Shown here: piece after piece, positions 7,252 to 14,506 of the stretch | Layout of the letters: every line of letters starts with the position of its first letter | How positions within the stretch are numbered: the first letter of the stretch is position 1 | From: Candidatus Rifleibacteriota bacterium | GTDB taxonomy: Bacteria > Muiribacteriota > Ozemobacteria > Ozemobacterales > Ozemobacteraceae | Direction of reading: 5' to 3' | Assembly (NCBI GenBank): GCA_051747585.1 | Contig: JBNJGH010000057.1 | Coordinates: 1-21,781 of the forward strand | DNA: 21,781 nucleotides | Notes under the pieces: generated by a model | What the model was told of the DNA's origin: nothing | What the model saw: the letters and a program-made list of their open reading frames with translations, nothing else | Database searches by the model: none | Program-made: the position numbers and the translations under genes

Positions 7252-8949
7252 ATGTCATTGCTGGAAATAGCAAACATAAAAAAAACCTATAGACATATAA
7301 ACCGATACAGACATGTGCTCGGCATTTTATTTGAATACGGCTTTGGCGATCTGGTTGAGGCCCTGAACATTGAGCGCTATGTAGAAATCGGGCTACAGCT
7401 GGTTTCAAAAAAACCAAGAGAAAGAATAATAAACCTTTCACAGGCAGAAAGATTTCGCGAAGCCCTCGAAAAACTCGGTCCCACCTTCATCAAGCTTGGA
7501 CAAATACTTTCAACCCGAAGAGACCTGTTACCCGATGATTTCATTAAAGAACTGCAACGACTGCATGACAAGGTTCCCCCCTTTCCTTACGCGGAAGCAA
7601 AAAAGTTAATAGAAGAAGAATTTGGCTTTCCGCTTGAAAAGCTTTTTGCCGAGTTCGACGATGTTCCAATTGCTGCAGCATCAATTGCGCAGGTTCACTT
7701 TGCAAAGCTTACAAGTGGAAAACATGTTGCAGTAAAAGTTCAAAGACCTGACATCAGAAAGATAATCAAGGTCGATATCGAGATTATGATTTCACTGGCT
7801 GAGCTACTCGAGGAGCACATCGAAGGCTTCAAATTTTTCAAACCCACCCAGATAATTAACGAATTTGCCGATTCAATATCCCGCGAGCTCAATTTCAACC
7901 TTGAAGGAGCGAATATAGAAAGGTTCGGACGGCAATTCAAAAAAGAAAAAACGGTTTATGTCCCTCAGGTCTTTCATGAACTGACCAGCGATAAAGTTTT
8001 GACCCTCGAATATATCGACGGCATAAAAATCTCAGATTTAGACAAACTCGAAAATAACAATTTAGACCGGAAAAAACTCGCCCTTAACGGCTTTAATCTT
8101 ATTCTAAAACAAATTTTTGAGCATGGATTTTTTCATGCCGACCCACATGAAGGCAATATTTTCGCACTTAAAGATAATGTAATCTGCTACATAGATTTCG
8201 GCAATATGGGTAGAGTTAACACATACCAGAGAGATCTTTTTGCCGAATTGATTCACGGAATCTACAAAAGAGATGAAATAGCAGTAACCCAGACAATTAT
8301 CAAGTTATCGCACTCTGAATCATTTTCTACACCGGACAGAATAATAAAAGATGTAGCCAGATTTATGGATCTTTATTGCTATATTCCCTTAAAAGAAATC
8401 GACCTCGAAGTTGTAAGCAGAGAAATTATTAAAATTTGCAAAATACATTCTTTATCAATTCCCCCTGAGCTTTTTTTAATGATCAAAGCCTTAACTACAG
8501 CTGAGGGTATAGGCTTGTTGCTAGACCCGGAATTTAATCTGGTCGACAATGCAGCCCCATATATCAGAAAAATTCGCCTGCAAAGATTCAGCCCCGAAAG
8601 AATTTTTGACCAGTTTACCGAATCTGGTACCGAATTTCTTGAATTATTAAGAGATATACCCGGGGAATTCAGAGTAATACTCAAAATGGCGAGAAAAGGC
8701 AAAGTTAAGCTCGAACTCGAGCATCAAGGCCTCGACCCGATGCTAGATACCTATGAACAGATAGGCAATCTTTTATGTTACGCAATAGTAACCGCTGCAC
8801 TTATAATTGGATCTTCTCTTATTGTCTTATCCGGCATTCCTCCTGTTTTTTACAACATACCGGTAATCGGGCTGGTCGGTTTTCTTGTTGCCGGGGCAAT
8901 GGGTTTTAAATTACTTTTCAGCATACTTAAAGGCCGTAATATAAAGTAA
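7252..8949 (+). CDS. ubiB: AarF/ABC1/UbiB family atypical kinase with two C-terminal TM helices
   Basis: LGPTFIKLGQ (KxGQ motif), AAASIAQVH (A-rich loop), VAVKVQRP, FFHADPHEGN, YIDFG. Confidence 0.92.
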   Translation: MSLLEIANIKKTYRHINRYRHVLGILFEYGFGDLVEALNIERYVEIGLQLVSKKPRERIINLSQAERFREALEKLGPTFIKLGQILSTRRDLLPDDFIKELQRLHDKVPPFPYAEAKKLIEEEFGFPLEKLFAEFDDVPIAAASIAQVHFAKLTSGKHVAVKVQRPDIRKIIKVDIEIMISLAELLEEHIEGFKFFKPTQIINEFADSISRELNFNLEGANIERFGRQFKKEKTVYVPQVFHELTSDKVLTLEYIDGIKISDLDKLENNNLDRKKLALNGFNLILKQIFEHGFFHADPHEGNIFALKDNVICYIDFGNMGRVNTYQRDLFAELIHGIYKRDEIAVTQTIIKLSHSESFSTPDRIIKDVARFMDLYCYIPLKEIDLEVVSREIIKICKIHSLSIPPELFLMIKALTTAEGIGLLLDPEFNLVDNAAPYIRKIRLQRFSPERIFDQFTESGTEFLELLRDIPGEFRVILKMARKGKVKLELEHQGLDPMLDTYEQIGNLLCYAIVTAALIIGSSLIVLSGIPPVFYNIPVIGLVGFLVAGAMGFKLLFSILKGRNIK

Positions 8950-9009
8950 TTCTCAAGTCTTTTCAGCCCCCCCCCTGATTTTACTACAAATTTTCATTTA
9001 ATTATGTGG

Positions 9010-9038
9010 TTGACTAAGGTCTTAAGCGGTGTTATTAC
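9010..9038 (+). promoter_or_regulatory. Putative sigma70 promoter for serC-serA
   Basis: TTGACT-17 nt-TATTAC with TGn extension. The last -10 base is non-consensus. Confidence 0.45.
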
Positions 9039-9108
9039 AGTTAGAATGCCTTACGGAAAGGAATTTTTAGACCGTAAACTAAGCATAATAAAAAACAGGA
9101 GCAAAGTT

Positions 9109-10191
9109 ATGGCTAACAGAGTTTTTAATTTTTCAGCTGGTCCGGCTGTTCTTCCGGAAAAGGTTCTCAAGAAAGCTGCTGACGAGATGCTTAACTACCA
9201 GGATTGTGGTATGAGCGTCATGGAACTGAGTCACAGGTCATCGACTTTTCAGAAAATTATTGATGATGCTGAAGCAGGTATTCGCAAACTTATGAATATT
9301 CCTGAGAATTACCATGTGCTTTTTCTTCAGGGAGGCGCATCTACACAGTTTATTATGCTGCCGATGAATCTGGCGGTTAATAAAAAAATTGATTTCATCA
9401 ATACCGGTCAGTGGTCTAAAAAAGCGATAAAAGAAGCAAAAAAATTTGGTGCAGATGTAAATACAATTGCATCATCAGAAGATGAAAATTTCTCTTATTT
9501 CCCTGAAATAGAAACAGCAAAAATTAGAAAAGATGCTGATTATTTTCATATTACTTCAAACAATACAATTTCGGGCACAAAATGCATGAGCCTGCCGAAA
9601 ATAGATGTTCCGGTCGTAGCAGACATGTCATCTAATATTATGAGTGAAAAAATTGATGTCAACGACTATGGCGTAATTTATGCCGGTGCTCAGAAAAATA
9701 TCGGACCCGCCGGCGTTACTATCGTAATTATTCGCGACGATCTGGTTGGAAAAATTGATGGTCTGCCCACAATGTTAGACTTTAAAACTCATGTAGAAAA
9801 AGGTTCCATGTTCAACACTCCACCAACATACGCAATTTACATTGCCAAGCTGGTATTCGATCACATGATTGAAATGGGCGGGGTTGAATATTATGAAAAT
9901 ATCAACAAAGAAAAAGCACAAATTGTGTATGACGCAATCGATAATTCCAAACTGTTTAAAGCCCATGTAAAACCCGGCAAAGACAGATCACTCATGAACA
10001 TTCCATTCTTCAGCAACAGCGATGAAATTAACAAAAAGTTCCTTAAAGAAGCTGCAGAAAATGATCTTGTTACCCTTAAAGGACATCGCAGCGTTGGCGG
10101 AATGAGAGCATCTATCTATAATGCAATGCCAGTCGAAGGCTGCAAAAAACTGGCTGAATTCATCAAAAAATTTGACCAGGAAAATTCTTAA
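9109..10191 (+). CDS. serC: Phosphoserine aminotransferase (360 aa)
   Basis: NFSAGPAVLP, SVMELSHRS, FLQGGASTQF, ADMSS, YAGAQKNIGPAG (PLP Lys), NTPP, GHRSVGGMRASIYNA. AGGAG RBS places the start at 9109. Confidence 0.97.
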   Translation: MANRVFNFSAGPAVLPEKVLKKAADEMLNYQDCGMSVMELSHRSSTFQKIIDDAEAGIRKLMNIPENYHVLFLQGGASTQFIMLPMNLAVNKKIDFINTGQWSKKAIKEAKKFGADVNTIASSEDENFSYFPEIETAKIRKDADYFHITSNNTISGTKCMSLPKIDVPVVADMSSNIMSEKIDVNDYGVIYAGAQKNIGPAGVTIVIIRDDLVGKIDGLPTMLDFKTHVEKGSMFNTPPTYAIYIAKLVFDHMIEMGGVEYYENINKEKAQIVYDAIDNSKLFKAHVKPGKDRSLMNIPFFSNSDEINKKFLKEAAENDLVTLKGHRSVGGMRASIYNAMPVEGCKKLAEFIKKFDQENS

Positions 10192-10221
10192 CAGACAACA
10201 TACAGGAAAGGAATTTAGATT

Positions 10222-11148
10222 ATGAGTAAAAAAATTCTGGTAGCAACCCAAAAGCCCTTTGCTACGGATGCAATAAAAAAAATGAAAGAAATTGTTGAAA
10301 AGCATTCCGGTTACGAGCTTGAACTGCTGGAAAAATATTCGGATCAGGAAGATTTCAAAAAAGCGGTTAAAAATGCTGACGCTCTTATTATAAGAAGCGA
10401 TAAAGCCAATCGTGAAGTTTTAGAATCTGGAGAAAATCTTAAAATTATCGTAAGAGGCGGAGCCGGCTACGATAATATCGATCTCGACTGTGCCAGCGAA
10501 AAAAATATTGTAGCAATGAATACGCCTGGCCAGAACTCAAATGCTGTTGCAGAACTTGCTATGGGGATGATGGTATATATAGCCCGGGGCAAATTCAATG
10601 GGAAGCCAGGCACAGAACTACTGGGCAAAAAACTTGGCATTCAAGCCTACGGAAACGTAGGAAAAGCAGTTGCCCGAATTGCCAAAGGTTTTGGTATGAA
10701 GGTTTGCGCTTTTGATCCGTTTATTAAAGATGACAGAATAGCATCCGATGGAGTAGAAACAGTAGACAGTGTTGAAGAACTTTACCAGAACTGTCATTAC
10801 GTTTCTCTGCATATTCCTGCTAACGATAAAACCAAAAATTCCATTAACTACGATTTAATGAAATCTATGCCAGAGAATGCTGTGCTGGTCAATACCGCCC
10901 GCAAGGAAGTTGTCTGCGAAAAAAGCCTGCAAAAGATTCTCGCCGAAAGAAGCGACTTCAAATATGTTTCAGATATCGCACCTGACTGCGCAGAAGAATT
11001 GCAACAAACTTACGCTGATCAGGTCTTTTTCACTCCGAAAAAGATGGGTGCACAAACCCAGGAAGCAAATGTAAACGCCGGCGTAGCTGCCATTAATCAA
11101 ATAATCAATTTCTTCGAAAACGGAGACACAACTTTTAAAGTTAATTAG
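10222..11148 (+). CDS. serA: D-3-phosphoglycerate dehydrogenase, short type III form (no ACT domain), Lys-type active site
   Basis: ALIIRS, RGGAGYDNID, MNTPGQNSNAVAE, AYGNVG Rossmann motif, SLHIP, LVNTAR, TPKKMGAQT. Directly downstream of serC. Confidence 0.88.
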   Translation: MSKKILVATQKPFATDAIKKMKEIVEKHSGYELELLEKYSDQEDFKKAVKNADALIIRSDKANREVLESGENLKIIVRGGAGYDNIDLDCASEKNIVAMNTPGQNSNAVAELAMGMMVYIARGKFNGKPGTELLGKKLGIQAYGNVGKAVARIAKGFGMKVCAFDPFIKDDRIASDGVETVDSVEELYQNCHYVSLHIPANDKTKNSINYDLMKSMPENAVLVNTARKEVVCEKSLQKILAERSDFKYVSDIAPDCAEELQQTYADQVFFTPKKMGAQTQEANVNAGVAAINQIINFFENGDTTFKVN

Positions 11149-11159
11149 TTTCTCAGCAT

Positions 11160-11201
11160 AAAAAAAGGCTGGCACATATTTTTATGTGTCAGCCTTTTTT
11201 T
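11160..11201. terminator. Bidirectional intrinsic terminator
   Basis: A7-GGCTGGCACATA-TTTT-TATGTGTCAGCC-T7 between convergent genes. Confidence 0.9.
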
Positions 11202-11211
11202 GCACCTGAAT

Positions 11212-12165
11212 TTAGACTAATTGCTGATCTGCCTTTTCAAGCTTTTGTTTAATTCTTTCCATTTGCTTTTTAACATATGGATTTTCATCTGGACCATTGT
11301 ACTTTTTCATTACCACCGGAATATTAGCTCTATCTTCAAACAATACAGGAGTGTCGCTGTAATAAGAAACTGTTTTTTCACCATTCAGCCACTTTTTCTC
11401 GCTGCCGTTGACTCCTTGTTCGTATTTCTTTTTAAAAAGATCAATGGCTTTAAGAGTGTTTGCCTTTCTAACTTTTTTTCCGGTTTGCAAAACAAAGTCC
11501 AGAACTACTTCCAGACCGCGGCTGAAATCAAACTCATAAAATCTGGGAAAAATTATTTTATCCCATTCCATCTCTTTTATTTCTTCAGCATTGCTGGACA
11601 TATAAATATGATGCTTCAAAAGGTAGCTTACAGCCTTTTCGACATTTTTAGAGAATTCTTCATAAGAACCTATGTGTTTACCATAAGCAAGCATGCCCTC
11701 GAGCAGTACGACGGTCGAGACAATTGAACTTTTACCGCTTTCGATATAAGCATTCGCATCGCAGTTGTATCCACCATCCGGAAGCTGGTATCTGCTTATC
11801 CAGTCTTTGGCCCAGGGCAGCCAGGCGAAAACATCAAAATCAAGTTTTGAACAAAGTCTCATTAATGAGCCCAGCATACAAAAACACATTATTTCTACAT
11901 CTGGATTGAGACCTTCGGGAACTTCTTCCTGACAGGTAGGAAAATAGTTCAAAAATTGACGATCAGCACACATAAGCATTTCTTTAAAAATATCGATTGG
12001 AATATCTTCAAGACGATCAGTTTCTTCAAGTAAAAAGAAGAACCAATATGGTGAATCCCACTTGGGCCAGTAAACATCACGTTCAATCATCATTGCCGCC
12101 TGCTCATCGGCCAGTATATCTTTAATTTCTTCTAATTCGTCGGCTTTTAAAATGCCTGCACTCAT
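11212..12165 (-). CDS. Hypothetical protein with a QW-like (prenyltransferase/squalene cyclase repeat) motif, probable (alpha/alpha) barrel
   Basis: WISRYQLPDGGYNC, VEKAVSYLLKH and FPRFYEFD. AAGGA RBS. No DXDD cyclase motif seen. Confidence 0.6.
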   Translation of the reverse strand: MSAGILKADELEEIKDILADEQAAMMIERDVYWPKWDSPYWFFFLLEETDRLEDIPIDIFKEMLMCADRQFLNYFPTCQEEVPEGLNPDVEIMCFCMLGSLMRLCSKLDFDVFAWLPWAKDWISRYQLPDGGYNCDANAYIESGKSSIVSTVVLLEGMLAYGKHIGSYEEFSKNVEKAVSYLLKHHIYMSSNAEEIKEMEWDKIIFPRFYEFDFSRGLEVVLDFVLQTGKKVRKANTLKAIDLFKKKYEQGVNGSEKKWLNGEKTVSYYSDTPVLFEDRANIPVVMKKYNGPDENPYVKKQMERIKQKLEKADQQLV

Positions 12166-12224
12166 AACAAAATTCCTTCTTAGAATCAGATCATCAGAAC
12201 AAACAACGGTTGATAACAGGAAAT

Positions 12225-12252
12225 ATTTTATACCATAAATTCACTTTTGCAA
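12225..12252 (-). promoter_or_regulatory. Putative sigma70 promoter
   Basis: TTGCAA-16 nt-TAAAAT, overlapping TGgTATAAA, upstream of the 11212..12165 gene. Confidence 0.4.
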
Positions 12253-12272
12253 AGCATGTTTATTTTAAAATT

Positions 12273-13421
12273 TCAACTATTTGAAGATTTATTCTCCCCG
12301 GATTTTTCAACCTGCCTGATAATATCAATAAATAAATTTACACCAGCTTCAATCAAATCATCAGGAAAATCATATTCGGGATTATGCAGATTTTTACAGT
12401 CTTTACCCGCGCCCAGACCTATTAAAGCTCCCGGAGCTTCATTAATAAAACGGCTGAAATCCTCAGACCAGCGAAAAGGTTCATTTATAATTTTAACCGG
12501 CTTGCCTTTAACTGCTTTTAAAACAAGATCTACAGCCTCAGTTGAATTAAGTGTAGCCGGAAAAATATCCTCAAAACCAATTTCAGACTTTAAATTAAAG
12601 CGAGTTGAAGTTTCACTCACCAGTTTTTCGGAGAATTCAATCAAACGCATCATCATCTCATCGGTTTTGGCTCTTAAAGTTACCCATATTTCTGCATTCG
12701 CCGGAGCTGTTCCGAAAGCTTTAGCGCCAAGTCTTGCTCCGACCACGGTTGCGAGGGGCAAACTTCCTGTTAACCCAAGAATTTCAGGAACGCCTGCCCA
12801 TGCGTCTATAAGTTGGCACATTGCCTTCGCCGGGCTATGGCCTCTTTCCGGCTGGCCCGCGTGGGCCGAAACCCCTTTCAATTTCACACATATTCCCATT
12901 GATGCGCAAGCAAACGAACCTCTACCAATAACTATTTTTCCGAGCTCAAAGCCTGGTAAATTATGAATAGCAAAACAGAAGTCAGGTCTTATTTTTGTAA
13001 AAGCCGGGTCGTTGATTACCAATTCTGAGCCCTGACCTGTTTCCTCGGCAGGTTGAAACAATAAAACTACCCTACCCTCTCTGGGCCGCTTTAAACTCAG
13101 TTTTTTGCCTACACCGGTCAGAATTGCCATGTGCCCGTCATGACCGCATTTGTGAGCTACTCCGTCTGTTGTTGATTTATAAGAAAAATCGTTCTGTTCG
13201 CTTACAGGTACCGCATCAAGCTCGGCCCGCAAAAGAACTGTTTTGCCAGGTCTTTTGCCTTTAAAAATAAAAGCCAGTCCTGTGCCGCCAATCCCCTCAA
13301 TTATTTGATCAGGTTCAAAAGATTTAAAAATTTCAAGAACTCTGCGGGCAGTATTGATTTCTTTTCCCGACAAATCAGGATGTTGATGTAAAATATGTCT
13401 TAATCCTATCAACCTTTTCAT
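12273..13421 (-). CDS. M20D-family amidohydrolase
   Basis: LHQHPDLSGKE, LRAELDAVP, HKCGHDGHM, FQPAEETG, HNLPG, AHAGQPE, SEDF, LHNPEYDF. Confidence 0.92.
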   Translation of the reverse strand: MKRLIGLRHILHQHPDLSGKEINTARRVLEIFKSFEPDQIIEGIGGTGLAFIFKGKRPGKTVLLRAELDAVPVSEQNDFSYKSTTDGVAHKCGHDGHMAILTGVGKKLSLKRPREGRVVLLFQPAEETGQGSELVINDPAFTKIRPDFCFAIHNLPGFELGKIVIGRGSFACASMGICVKLKGVSAHAGQPERGHSPAKAMCQLIDAWAGVPEILGLTGSLPLATVVGARLGAKAFGTAPANAEIWVTLRAKTDEMMMRLIEFSEKLVSETSTRFNLKSEIGFEDIFPATLNSTEAVDLVLKAVKGKPVKIINEPFRWSEDFSRFINEAPGALIGLGAGKDCKNLHNPEYDFPDDLIEAGVNLFIDIIRQVEKSGENKSSNS

Positions 13422-13581
13422 ATAAATGTTTTAAACTATAACCCTCAGCAGACTTCTAAAATAATTTCTTTAATCCTGGCTTTTTCTCAGCAACACTGTT
13501 AGTAATCCACCAATTAATGATATTAAAGAGTTTCAAGACATTTTTGTTTTTTTATTAAATATTAAAAATTAGAATATCAAA

Positions 13582-13613
13582 GATTGCTTCTTCGCGATGC
13601 TCATCGCAATGAC
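13582..13613. repeat. REP-like palindromic element (GTCATTGCGA...GCAATC type)
   Basis: Minus strand GTCATTGCGATGAGCATCGCGAAGAAGCAATC closely resembles the widespread GTCATTGCGAGGAGCGAAGCGACGAAGCAATC-type extragenic palindrome (from memory). It is a GC-rich island in very AT-rich intergenic DNA. Confidence 0.7.
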
Positions 13614-13625
13614 AATTTGGTGCTG

Positions 13626-14417
13626 TCATTTTTTACACCTTTTGCGAAGTCTGCTTTTCCAACCCGACCTTTTTAATCTCATTTTAGGCTTGGCTTCTCG
13701 CTTGTAGCCATCGAATAAAAACCCACCCCAGGGTTCAAGTATTTCTTCTGCAAGAGTTATAACAGAATAACTCAACTGACTGTTAAAAAGCAGTAAAAAA
13801 GCTTCAGAGTACCTGTAGGCAAATTGTGGGTCATGTTCTTTTAAAACAACGGGTAACATTTTGCCACCGGCTGACCAGGAATCATTAACCCTCAGATAAA
13901 AATCGGCGATAACCTGATATAGAGATGTTCCGGCCGCCAAGCAGCAACTGATGTCAGGTGAAGTGCGCAAATCATCACAAAGGTCAGTAATTCTATACCT
14001 GTAATCTTCGATTTGCTCTAAACTCAAAGGCTCAGGTCCCAGAAGCAAAAGTTCGTGTGCCTGTGCTTTTATTTTATCTGCAAGCCCTTCGTTATTCTTG
14101 ATAATCAGCCCCTGATCGACCATAGTCGGCAAAGAAGGAATGCCTGAAGCCGCATCACACTTTTCAAAAAACCAGGTAAGAGTTTCAGGGTCATGAACAA
14201 AGGTCTCGATTTTTCGGTTTTCAAACATGTACGATTCACGATAAGCATTTTCCAATTCAGGATAAATTACTACCACATCATAATCCGAATCAGCATTATG
14301 GGTGCCTCTGATAATCGAACCACACAAAAATGCAGCTACGGCATCAGCATATTTTTCGTTTATAAGCCTTTGAGACCTTTTAACAATTTCAGGAAAATTT
14401 TCTTTTACAGCAAACAT
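13626..14417 (-). CDS. Pol-beta superfamily nucleotidyltransferase-domain protein with a helical C-terminal domain
   Basis: LCGSIIRGTHNADSDYDVVV (hGS-x9-DxD motif), IETFVH, PWGGFLFDGY. Upstream TTGTAA-17-GATAAT promoter candidate and a GAGGGAG RBS. Confidence 0.85.
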   Translation of the reverse strand: MFAVKENFPEIVKRSQRLINEKYADAVAAFLCGSIIRGTHNADSDYDVVVIYPELENAYRESYMFENRKIETFVHDPETLTWFFEKCDAASGIPSLPTMVDQGLIIKNNEGLADKIKAQAHELLLLGPEPLSLEQIEDYRYRITDLCDDLRTSPDISCCLAAGTSLYQVIADFYLRVNDSWSAGGKMLPVVLKEHDPQFAYRYSEAFLLLFNSQLSYSVITLAEEILEPWGGFLFDGYKREAKPKMRLKRSGWKSRLRKRCKK

Positions 14418-14491
14418 AAGCTCCCTCTTTCAGCTTTTTGTAATTATCGGGTTTAACTTAGCTTCTTACAATTTAACCTCAAATTACCTCA

Positions 14492-14500
14492 TGTTACAAT
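14492..14500 (+). promoter_or_regulatory. Extended -10 promoter (TGTTACAAT) positioned for a leaderless transcript
   Basis: 6 nt between TACAAT and ATG 14507. No SD-like sequence upstream. Confidence 0.55.
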
Positions 14501-14506
14501 TAATAG

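Noticed and set aside
7252..8949. Evidence for ubiquinone biosynthesis
   Set aside because: UbiB/ABC1 kinases are widespread outside ubiquinone producers and no other ubi genes are adjacent
9004..9108. N-terminal extension of serC in the ORF track (similarly 4274-4333 for ferredoxin)
   Set aside because: Homology and RBS position support the downstream ATGs, and the extension overlaps the promoter
11221..11727. 168-aa plus-strand ORF and the other short overlapping ORFs in the track
   Set aside because: Antisense or out-of-frame to well-supported genes, with the F/I/L-rich composition typical of shadows in AT-rich DNA
12247..12966. 239-aa plus-strand ORF
   Set aside because: Antisense shadow of the M20D amidohydrolase, with no recognisable motifs or RBS
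13626..14417. MNT-HEPN toxin-antitoxin or CBASS cyclase
   Set aside because: No adjacent HEPN/effector gene or operon structure, and the size and motifs fit a stand-alone nucleotidyltransferase family
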